This document shows, piece after piece, positions 9,105-23,342 of a stretch of DNA of 64,000 nt. Numbering within the stretch: position 1 is the first letter of the stretch; each line of letters starts with the position of its first letter. The notes under the pieces are model-generated. The model had not been told where the DNA came from. It did not search any database and saw nothing but the letters and a program-made list of their open reading frames with translations. This DNA is from Basidiobolus meristosporus CBS 931.73. Taxonomy: Eukaryota > Fungi > Basidiobolomycota. The stretch lies in the NCBI GenBank assembly GCA_002104905.1, contig MCFE01000051.1:1-64000 (forward strand), given 5' to 3'. The translations under genes were made by a program, and so were the position numbers.

Positions 9105-11814
9105 AATCAAATTGGTCTTGATAGGGTGGAGGGATATATACAAGATTTACAAAAGATAACGGTTGAGAGATACTTCTAAACGATCGAAGAAACCAGCAAG
9201 CAAAGGCTTAGTTTTGAAATTGGTGACGATGAGCCTGGTTGGCAACCATGGCAGCTGACCTGCTTATATAGAGAAATCTCGAGCGCATCCAGGATCTGAT
9301 CAAGGAACAAAACAATCAATAATTCGCATGATAAAAGCCTACACATGCTGATAAAAACACATTGGTTTCAATATCAAACGTGTATTTCAGCTCGATATGT
9401 GGGAGAAAGTTCGGATACCCTGGTAAATCTGGACAAACCTCCCCCCTCCTATCCGCCCATATTCATCTAGGTCTCATTCAGTACTGACCTGTCTTATCTA
9501 TCCGTTTATTTATACTCCATTCTATTTGGAGCTACTCTGTGCCTGGCATCGGTTGATCATTTAGCTTGGCAGCGCTCTGATTGGCCAAGAGGCAAGGAAT
9601 ATCGGATATATCTTACTGACCCTGATTCCAGATATGGAGCAGTGTAATGCATTATGTATAAATTAAATCAATAAAGCATTTTTGGTATTCCACCAGCAGC
9701 TTAAATGTCAATACAGCGATTTAATAATGATAAGATTTGAAACCGATTCTTTAAAGCATGGTATGAGGGCGGGTATGGGTTTTGTCCGAGGAGTAGCAGC
9801 TTCCAAGGGCTGGTCCGCGTTGCCGTGGCCCTCTCTGTCCTTTTTTACTTTCCCGCTGTTTCATTCATCTTAGAAACAGAAACCAAAACCAGTGAAGCAG
9901 GTAGGACGAAACGGAATAGGAGTCCAAGCCAACAGAGTATGGCTTGTTCGTTGCATAAATTTATTCGTTCAGTAGGTTGAAAATCTCTGGTCTATCAATG
10001 GCGATCAAGAAACCATGTTTCTCCCTTGTTAGAGAGACAGGCAATGCACTCGTCTAAGACGACATCACCCACTCCAACGGGAATGATCAGGTTTGCCTAA
10101 ATAATGGCATTATTCAAGACACCGCCTATGATTTCATGGAAGAGCTAGATATCTCTACTCGGGGGATTTCATTCGCTAGTGCGGATATAACGGCTGGCTG
10201 GTATACGGTGCCACAACTAGTAATGCATGCAATACTTCATTATTTATGGGAATCTCCCAAATCGGAACTAGCCTTGACTAGATTCTCTCGCAACGCACAA
10301 GGTTAGATGGGAAAGTGAGTGTGCAACCATTCCGCCTGGCTGCACTTGATATTATGAAATTGTGACGCAAATAACTGCCTACTCTAAGTAATGCATGCCA
10401 TAATGAAATTTACTGGGTGATAACGGGTATACTTCCGGTCAATGTCACAATTAGAGGCGATCTGGATCAGCATTGTTGACATCGGATTGTACAATCGATG
10501 ATAGATTGTGGATATTTTTAACCACGGAACCACATCAAACCTAAGCCGCATTGAATACCCGCACTGAATACCCGCATTGTATCCTTTGAAGCTCCACAAT
10601 AAGGTTTGTTCCCTCAGGCATCTCTCCGGTCCACTGGAATTGACCATATCGGCTCTGATACCTAGTTGCAAGTGGCTTAGCCAGCTGGTATGATTCCTTG
10701 CAGTTGGATAATGCTGATTGTTGCTTGTAATGAGGGCGTGTGTGTATTACCAGTAGTACGAAATAATTACAGTTTCTTCAAGAGATTTGTACAGGTGGGT
10801 TAATAGGCTTTGTGTAGTACAGTTTTTAATTACTGGGGGCTAGTGTCATTATTACAACTGATCTTCATTGCTCCCCGTTACTTGTACAATAAAGGGAGGT
10901 CGTCATTGTATAACCTGCTTGGTCAGGCTAGGAGGGTTTTGAGGTTGATTTCCAGCTTTTTAAAGGCCTGAGAACGCCACCGCTCAACCTGCTGGATATC
11001 CGTATTGTTGCCAATTAATTGCTGGCATTGTTATTGGAAAATATCGGAATCTTTCTGTGCACCCGTCATTGGTTACTCAAGGAGATGACTGTTCTGTGAT
11101 TAAGCGCCTCCTAAAACATCAACACAGCATTGAACCATCCTCATCCTTGAAGTACTTTCAGACTAGATGGTCAACCAGGCCCTTGGGAAGCTAAATAGGA
11201 GCACTGGGTGACCTACCTGGAACTTTCTAAAAATGAACCTCGGATATCCAGGAATAGGATTTAACAAGTCATCCCTTTCCGGACGAATCCGGAGGGCGTA
11301 TAGCCGACATGCTATCAAATAAAGTCGAGGATTAGCCGCCGAAGTCTGTGTGGCTTCTCAGACTTAACAGCTCATCACTTGGTTTTATAGAGGAATGTGT
11401 GCTGATGTGGGGTAGCTGTAGGGTGTGGGGTAGTGAGATCCTTGACTTGCCAGTCTCTAAGCGCTAGCCATGGTTCGCCCAGTCTCCTCATATCAGTGGC
11501 TCAGTCTAGGTTGGCGTACATCCAATAGAGCATCTAGAATTCACTCAGGCCGTCAAAGGCCCAAAACCGAGTCCATCAAACCACGTTCCATAAAATCAGC
11601 TGATGATCTTCATCCCGCCACTATTTCCTCAGAATACATGGATGCCACCAAGATGCCACCATTTTGCCTCGGATTACATGGATTTATTATACGATATGTA
11701 GTAGTCAGTGAAGAGGGGGGAAAGAGGGTAGGAGGATTGGTCGAAATGAACATATAGAGTAGGACCCAGTCAGACTTTAGATGTACACTACACTGGCCTT
11801 TACCTACGGAGAAA

Positions 11815-12252
11815 CTAACCGCCGTGAAGGGTAGAGATGAAGACGATCTCATCATTATTTTGAAGTTGATACTCCAGCTCACCCTCCAACTCCCAATCGG
11901 CATCGTTCACCAAAACGAGAATGCCTGGGCGACTGTTCAAATAAGTGAGTTTTTACATAGTGTTTGAGGTATTCTGCGGGCATACTTACACAGTGTTCCC
12001 ACTAACAAAAAGCTCGGGTCTTTCGGCAAGTACATTCTCCTTGATGTACGCAATGAGGTCCTCTAGGTTGGTGGGTTGTCCCTTAGCATTGACTGCCCCA
12101 ATCTCAACAACCTTCTCCTTCTCGTTGTTGAACAACAGCTCCATGCCACCGCTAAGGATCATTCACTGTTAGCAACCAATAGTGGTACTTTTGACTTGAA
12201 ATATACGCAAAAGGACCAAATACCTGAATTGTAGGTTTATCTTGAGACTCAT
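11815..12252 (-). CDS. URM1: Ubiquitin-related modifier Urm1, 3 exons
   Basis: Spliced [19 protein letters not shown]...[50 protein letters not shown]. Confidence 0.95.
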
Positions 12253-12478
12253 CTTTCGTTATGTCTCTTGAACGTTCACGAGAAGTCCTACACAAACCAG
12301 CCTGACCGCACCTACTTATTCCAGAATATTTTTTCATTGGAAAAAAAAAGTTCACCATGCTTCGGAGGATTTTGATCAGATGCGATTTATCCAAATATCT
12401 CGGAAATTTTGGTTTATTACTCAATTTGAGGTTTAGTACTGCAAATTGCCAGCAAGGTTAGGTGAAGAATAGTTTTCC

Positions 12479-13705
12479 ATGTCGGGTATGGGTCCACACA
12501 ACTTCAAAGCAACTTGCTGTATATACTCATCGATTCATTAAACACCCCAGTTATTAAAAGCGGTTCTGTGGTGGTGACCGGCGGTACTCGCGGTATCGGA
12601 TTGAGCATAGCAAGGTCATTTGCCTCGCAAGGAAATCAAGTGTTCGTTTTGTCAAGAAATACCCAAGCTGTCAACAGAGTTGCGACCGAGTTGGGAGAGA
12701 TAAACAGTACGGTGGAGCATGTTGGGCTTGTTTGTGATGTCAGCCGGGTGGAGGAGGTGGAGAGTGCGTGCAAAGTACTGGTCTCGGCTCAACAAATTAA
12801 ATATTCGGAAGCGGCGATTAAAACCAAAATTTCTAGGAAATCTCAGCTAAAGGAGCGGTAAAATGCTTGATTAATGCGGCTGGTAAGTAGGCTATTCCTG
12901 CGCTCTCAAACGTGGCCCTCTTTGATGGTGAGTGCCTAGGAATATCCCACGACGGGCTGCTTGCTCGTGTTCGTCAGTCAGATATAGATGCCATACTGAA
13001 TACGAATCTGGTCGGAGCCATCAATATGTCCAAATATTTGTTGAGACCGCTGCTGAAGTCTCGCGAAGGTAACTATCACTTTGCACACTAGTGTATTGCA
13101 TTACAGCCACTTAGCTATTTGTTACAAGGCTGCATCATCAACTTGTCGAGCGTTGTTGGGCTCTCGGGAAATGTTGGTCAATCAGTCTACAGCGCTTCTA
13201 AAGCCGGGCTCATAGGTAGCGTTGGATCAATCGAGGTCTTTAGCGTGTATTCGCCTAATGTGAGAAACATTCCACCCCAGGCTTCACCAAATCATTGGCA
13301 AAGGAGCTGGCACCTAAAAACATACGTGTCAATGCGATCGCGCCGGGTTTCATCGACACAGACATGACTAGTGGTGAGTGAATTGGCCCCTTCCACACAG
13401 TGGATGTAGTTGTTTATTCTCTTTTGTAACATCAGGGATTTCCGAAGTAAGCAAGCTAGACTTGATTGAGCGAATTGCTCTGAGAAGGTTCGGGGCACCT
13501 GAGGTACCAAGGGTTTTGATGAATTCTCTCGAGCTTCTTCTGACATCAAATGTGTAGGAAATTGCCGACGCAGCCATGTTTTTGGCACAAGCAAAATACA
13601 TTACTGGCCAGGTAATATACTTGTGCTTCCCCTTCACCTAGCCTATCGAACTTACAGTGCTCTATCTTATAGACGTTGGTGGTGGACGGAGGAATGTCTT
13701 TGTGA
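12479..13705 (+). CDS. OAR1: 3-oxoacyl-[ACP] reductase (FabG/CBR4-like SDR), multi-exon
   Basis: TGGTRGIG Rossmann motif, LINAAG, NLSSVVG, catalytic [24 protein letters not shown]|TLVVDGG. Confidence 0.9.
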
Positions 13706-14290
13706 TCATATAAAGTATTGTACCATATTCGTATCTCACACGTAAACAAACCTCTTACATCCAGGCGGATGTTGTTTGCTGAAATAAAGCTTCGAGTCGC
13801 AGAGGCCATCTTCTGTCCATTTCTACATAAACCTAGCGGAGTGCACTCGGACCTGGTTAGCCTAGAATCAGGAAGTATTGCTTTATTTATCAGTTAATAA
13901 TACGCAAATGATATCATCAACAAAGCCCACTAGAATCATAAAAAGAGAGTTCATTAAAGAGTAAACGTCAAGAGGTATAAACTAAAGTTACCCAAACTCA
14001 GAGCCATGGATAGGGCCAAGAGGATGCGTGCTGTAATTCTATATACAGAACATCAAGTGCTCTGATGCTACAGCGTCGTAGCTCAGAACAACACAATGTG
14101 ATGGTGAGGAAAGGCCTGTGCTTTTCATGTTCCGTACTCGTCTTAAACACGCCCTGGTCATGAGGTCACCAGGACTTTGTTAAAGAGCCACGGTTGATGG
14201 TTCTGAAAAAACTTCTAGTAAACCCTTGAAGTAGTATTAACAGTTGGTTAGAAATAATGATGTAGGTGAAAGGTCGTTCTTACAACACAT

Positions 14291-14929
14291 TCAAGCGATT
14301 GTGTTCTCTATAGTGTAGTTTAGATCATCCAAGATGTTCGTAAAGTTTGAATCATACTCTGGAAGATCAAATTGAGTCGACGAATTTAATAACTGTTCGA
14401 TATCTTCTAGAGAATATGAACTATTGGCACCTGCAGCTCTATGGCTTTCACCGCAATTGCCGAGTAAAGGAAGCGGTTGGTCAGGCGACATGATTTTTTC
14501 GAGGTCTGCTAAAAGGCAGTGTGTGTTGTCTAGATTGGAGGTTGCTGAGGCGCTCGTAAGTGGGACGGGGTTTTTTGTTGATTGCTGTGGTTCGGCAATC
14601 TTGGGTGTAGTTTTTCGTTTCGAAACCTTAGTCTTACTTGAATCGGGTGAGGTGGCTTTACGTTTTTTGATTTTCTTGGCTTCGGCAGGGAGTGAACGAT
14701 CCCCTATGAGGCAGTCGTCAAACTCCGCAGTACTGAACGGAAAAGAGCACTAAAATGTGGACGTTGATGAGAAAAGCGAACAAGCGAAGTAAGCTGCCAA
14801 GGAAGAGCACGGTACCTTTGGATTTTCACACATAAAGAAATCAAACTCGAAACTTAGCCGCTGCTTCACAACTTTCTGTGAGCAAAGAGGACATTCCTCC
14901 AACGGAGGTGTGCATTGGGCAGAACTCAT
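14291..14929 (-). CDS. Small protein with N-terminal CxxC...CxxxxC zinc ribbon and basic/low-complexity tail, 2 exons
   Basis: MSSAQCTPPLEECPLCSQKVVKQRLSFEFDFFMCENPK | intron 14751-14815 | CSFPFSTAEF...KKIKKRK...; the spliced ORF is open to TGA at 14291. Confidence 0.65.
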
Positions 14930-15196
14930 TTTCCAAGCGTAGAGGTAGTCAGGAAGTCGGCTGATGATTTATACGGTCTCAACCGTGGTTAAGTTATACA
15001 TCACTTCATCTGGGAGCTTTTTCTCCCTAAAAAGAAAAAAACAATTGCGGCGTTGATTTAACCTGATCGTAAGAAAATTTGAGCATGTAGCTCGATATGG
15101 CTGGGTTGGGAATGTAGCTTTGAATATGATTTATTGTTCCAATTGTAACAAGTAGCATGGAAACGGGTGAGAATGTCATACAAATCCAAGAAAAAC

Positions 15197-15750
15197 TTAG
15201 TTCTTCTTCTTGGAGACACCAACGGTTCTTCCTCTTCTGCCGGTAGTCTTGGTGTGTTGACCACGAACACGGAGACCCCAGTAGTGACGAAGACCACGAT
15301 GAGCACGGATCTTCTTCATACGCTCCAAATCTTCACGGAACTTGTTGTCGAGACCGTTAGCCAAAACTTGGGTATACTTGCCGTCAACAATGTCCTTTTG
15401 TCTGTTAAGGAACCACTTGGGGATCTTGTATTGAAGAGGGTTTTGGATGATGGTAACGATACGTTCCAACTCTTCGTTGGTCAATTCACCAGCACGCTTG
15501 GTGAGGTCAATATCGGCCTTCTTGCAGACCATGGTAGAGTAACGTCTACCAACACCCTTAATAGAGGTCAAGGCAAAGACGACCTTGGTTCTACCGTCGA
15601 TGTTGGTGTTGAGAAGACGGAGAATGTGTTGGAATTGGTTCTTATCAGGAACAACGAGAGACTGCGGATGCAAAGGGATTAGTGATCTATCCGTGGGAGA
15701 CGCGCATCCATCCATAAACCGGGACCATGGCGGCCGTGATGACTTACCAT
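15197..15750 (-). CDS. RPS18: 40S ribosomal protein S18 (uS13)
   Basis: ATG | intron 15662-15747 | [23 protein letters not shown]...[36 protein letters not shown]. Confidence 0.98.
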
Positions 15751-16118
15751 CTTTAACGTCTACGACACCAAGTAGGGAAAGAAGGCAATAATAAGGATCA
15801 TCATCACCTTTATTCAATGGATTTTTTTTTGCGGGCTGACCGAGGGCCAATAAATTTTAGCTGATGATGCCAATGATGTGAATTGCGCTGGAAGAGTTCG
15901 CGGTGGATGAGCATGGACTTGAGTAAATAATCTATCTGTGCATCAACAATAAACAAATATCAAGTGCTAGGCAGCATTGGTATTTCACTAGACTGCTTGC
16001 TGCTATCCCTCAGACTCTGGGTGCCCCTTCGTTACCAAAGTGGCTATCGAACACACACATATATACATATTCACTCGTATAGCTCTTAGTTTTTGCCCGG
16101 AAATACCCCTTGACAAAC

Positions 16119-18270
16119 ATGACGACCCGAATTCCTACGAGAAGTAGAGCGACTCAGCAGAAATTAGTCGAGCAAAAAAGGGGGATTTTCTATTCCAACC
16201 TGCTGCTCTTGGAATTCACTCCAGACATTCTTGCTCAGGAGAAGTTCACCATCCATAAAGATATGTTTGCTGCCTCTGGCGTGGTTGGAAAACCCCCGGC
16301 TGGCCCCAAAGTAACAGAGAAGGTGCTCTGGTTTTTATTCGATAAGCTCGATAGAGAAGAAACCCGTAAGGTAATACCTCTCGATACCGTTCGAAAGCAG
16401 ATCCCAGCTCAATTTACTCTCCCCTTCAGAGATTCAAGGAGAGTTGGCCAGTCGAAGACCGTAAACAAGCTCGCGATTTTCGAAACGTGGCCTTCAAATG
16501 GCTGGAGCAACTGAAGAAAGATGGATTAATATGCGTCGGGTATCCGGTTAGAAGGTCATATTTAGATGAGGGCAGAGGCGAACGGTAATAGAGAATTGTT
16601 CGATAAATTGAGGTGACAGCAGTTATTGATCGATGTTGCTTGTCTGCAGATTTGAGAACATCTTATTTTCATTATCCAACCACATTCTTAGAACTGTCAT
16701 GGAGAAAGACGCCAAGCTGCGCCCCAAAAGTAAGAGCGCTCTTGGTTCAAGCACGAATATTTCCATTTCTAACCTGGCTCCATCAGTTTCCAGCATTAAT
16801 AGCGACGCATTGAGAAGGCTTGGGACTGACACGTTGAAGAAGACACTCAAAGTAAGCACCGACTCTTGCCGCATGTCTAGAAACTTAATGACTGACTAGT
16901 AACTCGGTAGCATCACATAAAAAAGCAAATCGATACTTTTTTGAGCAATGCACAGGAGAGAGTGAAGATCCAAGAGCATTGGTCCGAAAACTCGAGAAGC
17001 TTAACCGCCTCTTTCGAGGAGATCGTTACGGAGCAGGTAGAATGGACCCGAGTCTTCGCCCATAGCGACAGTCGCTAATTTAGATGGACATCATATAGGA
17101 GGAGCTGAATAAACTCAAACTTCGTTTGAGTCAGAAAGATATCCAACCTGTACTCTCTATAGAGTCACCTCTAGCCAAATCCGAGAAGGTCCGTGTACAA
17201 CAAGCTAGAGACTCTTGGGAGAAATCCATAGGATGGATTGAGGAGAACTACAAGCAGATGGGTATAACGACATGGTCTTGTGGGATTTTCATCATCCAGG
17301 TCGTTAACTGAATTGTTTATTGTAAATCCAGAGAGCATCAACAACATGCTGACGAACTTCGAAAGTAAACCCAGACTTGAAGGTAGCTTGTCCGCATTCA
17401 ATCTCCCGACCCCGGTGTTCCAGCTACTGGAGGAGGATGTCAGAAACGTAAGAGCCAGATACAACTCTGCTTTTCATTACCTTTAGCTCAATCCGTATTT
17501 TCAGAACAACGTGAATCCTTTCAAAGATCGCCGTTTGGATCTCATTGCAATGATGAAACTTTGGCGAATGTCGATTGAAGTCATGGGGCATACATTTGGT
17601 TCCAAGGGCAATGGGGGCAATCAGAGTCTACTTCTACCAAACAGTAAGGCGATGAGCACCTCAAAAATATCCCAATTCCCCGATCTTTCGCGCCTGCTGC
17701 AACAAGCGGAGCCATCGGTGTCCAAGCAAATCCAACAGCTCCGCAGCATCATCACACTCAAGCAGAGTTTGCAAACCCAGCTGACGGAGTGCAAAGAATA
17801 TGTTTCTGAGGCACGACAAAGGCCCGAGCCTCAAAACCCCCTAATAGACAAACAGGCGTGGATGAAGCAATTCAATATCGGTGGAAGTAAGATTCCGTCA
17901 GACCTTGCTAGTCTCGAGGCCAGAAACCGCCGCACACTGAATCTACAACCGTTGATTAGTCTGCGCGAGGAGCATCGGACATCAAACGAGGACAGACGCC
18001 AGGAAATCAGAGAGAAAGTTCGCAAGTTCTTGGAGGACGAGTATAACAAGGAAAGGGAACTATCGGATTTAGCGGCAGGCACCACGCTACTTGCGACACG
18101 TGCCGAATCCTCTAGTAACTCGCATACACGACGAATCCCCATCCAGGGCCTGGATATTCTTCTGGACCAGGTTAGTGCTGTGTTGCTGGTTTTGTGTGGC
18201 TCTTTCTAATGCATCTATCCATTTTCTATAGCTGACTCAGTTTGTGCTCCAAGCAGGGGCCGATCATTGA
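16119..18270 (+). CDS. HAUS6: Augmin subunit HAUS6/Dgt6-like, multi-exon
   Basis: KVLWFLFDKLDREETRK|RFKESWPVEDRKQARDFRNVAFKWLEQLKK resembles the HAUS6 N-terminal domain; coiled-coil C-terminus. Confidence 0.72.
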
Positions 18271-18514
18271 AGTTTTGACCATTACTGACGAATATTGTAC
18301 AATAAATATAATTTCATCCACCTTGATTTGCTATAAGCAGCATTTAATCAAAACGCCCATTCTAAGTGAACTACTAAACCTCAAAGATTCGTGAAATTCC
18401 CTCTCGCCCTACAATAATATCGAAATCTCCTTTCCAAAAATAGAGTGAGGAAGCGGAAGCATAGATCTCTACTTCTAATCTGCTTGAAGTGGAAAAACAA
18501 AACGTAGAAGTTTG

Positions 18515-21500
18515 ATGGAGTCGACAGATTCTTCAAAAAGTTTTGACCAGAGTCAGTACTCGGGGGAGGGGACAAGCGCGTCGGCCGCCACCTCGACATT
18601 TTCTCCTTCGGCTGATTCTTTTCTCGCACTTTTGAATGAGGAGAATCCAGACATAGAACGTTTGCTTAGCACAGATATAGGAACTCCCGATCTCACCGTG
18701 AGTAACTCACCAGCAGACAGCTCTCTACACGGCGCTGAAGAGCTTTCGGATATTTCATTCCAGACTGGATTAGCTCCAAACGAACAAGAAGGCCACGATC
18801 CCGACAACTTATCACATTCTGAATTATCAGACGAAGAGTTTGAAATCCCGGGAGCAGTGAGGTATTTCTATATACCATAGAGCTCTGTTTATATCGGATG
18901 AATTGTAACCTTGTTATCGATCAACTTTTGTTGATAGTCGATGGATGACTGCGGCTCAAGCTTCGGGCGGTAACCTCACAGGACAAGAGAATTTCCCCGA
19001 GAATTGGGAGGACGTGGATAGTGCAATCCAGGAGTTTCGTAACGACTTGAAAGTATCGACCGGTATTGGGAAAGTGAAACGGGAGGTATTACACATTTTC
19101 TGGCATCCGATACCATGGAATATCCACTAACGCGGTAAATTTAACGCAGGGCAAGCGTGGCCGGACGCGAAAAGATCCCAACCTAACGCCAGAAATCCAA
19201 AGAATGCTTGGCGAAGCTAATTTGTTGTACGTTGAGAAGAAATACACAGAGGCAATCTCGACTTTGCAAGAAATAATTCGACTCTCTCCCAACGTCCACA
19301 AGGCTTGGTTTACCCTTGGTATGATACAGGAGGAATTGGGAAATGAGGACAAAGCACTTCAATTATACCTGGTAGCGGCGCACTTGACTTTGAAGGATGG
19401 GGCGCTTTGGAAGAGATTGGGCTTGATGTCGAAGTATGGAAGTTCTCCATGTGGATTTGTACATATTCTTTTTAACGAAATCATCTGCTCACAGAAAACA
19501 AGGCGCGATACAGCAGGCTATCTATTGTTTTTCACGCGCAATCAGCGCCGACTATCACGACGTCGATGCTATCTGGGATCGATCGTTCCTCTACGCAGAT
19601 TCTGGACAGCTCAGAAAGGTTTGCGTGGCATTTTTGGTGAACCGATAGACGTTGGATAATAATAGGCATTTTTTCAGGCAATAGAAGGGTACAAAAGCAT
19701 TCTTCAGTATGTTCCGTATCATATGAATGTGATTCGAGAGCTTACAAGGATATACATCCAAATTAACGATCTGAACTCGGCAATCTCCTTCTTCGAAGAG
19801 GCATTATCCCATTACTTGCAGCGAGAATCCCCTCAATCTATCCATTCCCCCATCACTCTTAATAACGCCGCAGATATATTTGGTTTTGACTATTCGGATC
19901 TTAATATCATGGTCGAGTTGTACATGATGATGGGCGATTTCGAAAAGGCAATCAAATCCCTGAAACGCGGTGTTCGAAAGCTTCATGGACGTGATAAAGA
20001 AGTTTGGTGGGATACTGTGGAAGACGACCGCGAGTTCGACGACACCCCCAACTCTAGTATAGCGCCGATTTTGCCGTTAGAGCTACGGGCGAAATTGGGT
20101 GAATGCCGTTTGATGCTAGGCCAAGTGGATCAAGCCAAGGTACGTGTATATTGAGTTTACCTGAATCCAGATAAATGTAAGCTGACCTAGACTTTCCTGA
20201 AGATTCATTTCAGATATTTATTCAGTAACTCCATTGAGAAATACGCTGATCTGTATCACGAAGTGGCTGAAACATATATGGAGAAAAGAATGTTTGAAGA
20301 AGCTCTCGCTGTTTATGAAGAAATAATAAATCATGAAGTGGTATGGTTTCGTGTTATCACCAATGAAGTAATGTTCGTGCGTACTGATCCGAGTTTGTAG
20401 ACTGATGGTCCTATAGCCTGGGTCCAAATGGCCATCTGCCATCGCGAACTAGGAAATTTAGATAGCGCGGTTGAGCTTTACACTGCAGGTACTAATGGCA
20501 CACCTTATTTCTTCACGAATGACTGCCGAAATTCACTGTTTAAATTGTAGCTGTCGAGGCTATACCTGAGGATCTGGATAACAAGATCGCCCTCGCTGAG
20601 ATTTATGAGGAGCTGGGAGAGGAAGAAAGAGCACTTGAGCTTGTGATCGAAGGTATTACTTATGGGACCGATCACATCGCGCCAGATTTCTAATCCATTC
20701 GATTAGTTGACGAGGCCCGAAAAGCCGCACGCACCCTGGCTTCCCTGTCGGAAAACAAGGAGCAGGAACCCGAGGCTATCGAAAATCCAGCTATCAACAA
20801 TTTCTCGATATTTAATGTCGAATCAAGTAGATGGGAAGCATTAAAAGCGAAAAATGCAGCTACTCGTGCAGCTCGACTTCAGCAGGAGCAGGAGGCCGAG
20901 CGAGATACCAAAATCAAATTCCAAAAGCTGGGCTTGCTAATGAGTAGACTTGCTATAGACGAAAAAGCCAGAGTAACATCGTGTTTTCACAACAATGTAT
21001 TGGTGCTTGATCTGACTTTTAAACTTCACCTTGTGCTTACCAGAATGAATATTTTGATACCGCCCAATGCTTATTCGATGACTTCCGTGATACAAAAGCT
21101 TTCTACCCATCGGATCGAGTTCGTGTGCACTGGGTTTTCTATGAGAAGTTCTCTTTTAATAACGCAACCATATATCCTTAGATGAAACGGTTCACCGGCT
21201 TTCGTGATCGCGTTAAATGGGCCACCCTCGATGAGCAAGTCAGATTTATGGTTGCTAGACTGAAGCACTCCACGGGTAAGAGTTTCTACAATCATTCATT
21301 ATTTCACGTACTTACGTCTCGATCCATAGCGACTGATGGGTCTCAATTCAATACCAATCCCCCTAGACTTGGCTCCCAAGCAAACGGTACATGAAAACCA
21401 CTACGTCTGTTCGTATCAAGTTCATTCAATTTACCTTCTTCTCACAAGGCGTAAATGAAAGCGAGGATGAAAAAACAATTCCCACAAGCTTCCGGAGCTT

Positions 21501-22882
21501 TTCTTTCGAAGAATGGTTTGATATGTTTGTCAAGGTTCGGACTGTTGACATGAATTTTCGGCCAGAGCGTTGCGACTAATTTGGTGATATGCAGTATGCA
21601 ATGACGTTAGCGAACTTTAATCGTCAAGAAGAAGCATACGACCTTCTAAAAACAGTCGGCGAAGCCAATGTTTATTATCACCATGAGCCTACAAAAATTG
21701 CAATCAAGATGATCGTATTAGGTGAGCACTGGACAAACTCAATATGGCCTCATTCTAGATTCTAATGGTATGCCATCAACAGCAATTGCGTTACACTGTC
21801 ATAACAATGAGAAGGCGTGTGAGGTAGCCCGCTGGCTATGTAGTTACCACCCTTTCCATGATAACTCATACAAGATGTATTCTGCTGCCATGTCTAGGTT
21901 GGTATTATTTGTCCGTAGTTGGTTGAATGTTCACTCACTGTTCATTACTCTATGTAGTGGTACCTCAGCAACTTCTGTCTATGCTTCTGCCAATTCTCAG
22001 AAATATTTCTTGCGCCAAATCAAAGCCATGGACTCAAATGTTGATGGCTCCCGCGTTTTACAGCCAAACCTCCAAACCACTCCAAACACAACGGACCTGA
22101 AGGAGTCAGGAAAAGACGGTCCAGCTATCAATAAGCGCAACCCGTTACTACTGACATTATATGGGCACATCCTACATTGCGCTAGAAGCTATGTCCCAGC
22201 CATTGGTAAGCTACCTCACAAACAAGTATCCAATAAGCTATTTGAAACCCAACAGAATTTTCTAGGATACTATACACGAGCGTATACTTTGTCTCCTGAT
22301 GATCCATTGATTAGTTTGTCCCTGGGTCTTGCCTACATCCATAGAGCCATGCAAAGGCAAACTGACAACCGACATCTACAAATCATGCAAGTATGTTGAA
22401 GCCATCACCTGATTCATCAACCCAAAACTTGTTACTGAGGCAGCGGTTTTCCAGGGATTTACCTTTCTGTTTAAATATCACCAACTTCGTGAAGGGAGCC
22501 AAGAAGCAGAATACAATTTAGCCAGAGCTTTTCATCAATTAGGTAACTTATCTCGGTACGGTTTTAAAAAAACTCGACTCATTTCGTTCCCTAGGATTGT
22601 TTCATTTGGCCGTTCCTCATTATGAAAGAGTATTCACATTACCCTCTCTGCAGAAATCCATGGCAGGCTTAAGTATCGGGGTAAGTCTTGTTTGCATTCT
22701 GGGTAAAATCGCGCTTTATTTACAATACTTCCCAAAAGACAAACGGAGCTGAAATAGATCAAGAAGACGACCCCACCGATCTAAGCCGTGAAGCAGCCTA
22801 CAATTTGGCAAACATCTATACATCCTTCAGTGGGTCACCAGGCCTGGCGCAGCAGCTTCTCTATAAATATTGTACCATTTAA
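18515..22882 (+). CDS. TFC4: TFIIIC TPR subunit (tau131/GTF3C3), many exons
   Basis: Acidic N-terminus; MLGEANLLYVEKKYTEAISTLQEIIRLSPNVHKAWFTLG; TPR array; C-terminal DDPLISLSLGLAYIHRAMQRQTDNRH and DLSREAAYNL...LLYKYCTI*. Confidence 0.9.
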
Positions 22883-23342
22883 CAATGTCTATGGCGCTAG
22901 CATACAGAGTGGCCACACTAGAATTAGGATTTGAAGATTTCTATATTTAGTATCTTGTACACTAATATATAAAATATTAATACACACCAAGCAAAAAGAT
23001 CCACCCTCCAAGGCTTTAATAGCTTTGATCAGCTTCACCCGCAGTTTCCTGTTTGAGCAATAATACAATAATAAGGTGGCGAGAATTCACTCTCATGCAG
23101 CCCCCAATTTAATGCTCACTATTCCGTTCATGTTCTGGATAGGAAAAATATCCCTCTGAATATTCTTACACTCGCACACTTCTTAGAACCTAACAGGAGG
23201 TTGAATGGGTATCCATTCTACCCAGATTTAACCACCAACTTCGCCATACCACTCCATTTTTGTTCTTCCTGTTGGAAACTGTAATTATTGTTAATTTTGG
23301 TGCACATTTGGAGGTTTTTTTGCTGCTCCGTTACCTTCGAAT

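Noticed and set aside
10579-10587. GTATCCTTT, a U12-type donor consensus
   Set aside because: Not inside any supported gene and no matching U12 branch point; no minor introns found in the annotated genes.
10400-11350. Broken coding-like stretches on the minus strand (e.g. YGQFQWTGEMPEGTNLIVELQRIQCGYSVRVF)
   Set aside because: Multiple stops, no consistent exon chain, and no family I can name with confidence.
14061-14210. Two hairpins (14061-14087, 14153-14173) plus TGATGG...CTGA and GAGGAAAGG, hinting at U3, RNase P/MRP or another ncRNA
   Set aside because: No U3 box A/B spacing, no P4 partner strand and no rRNA guide found. Could simply be 3' UTR structure; an Rfam scan would settle it.
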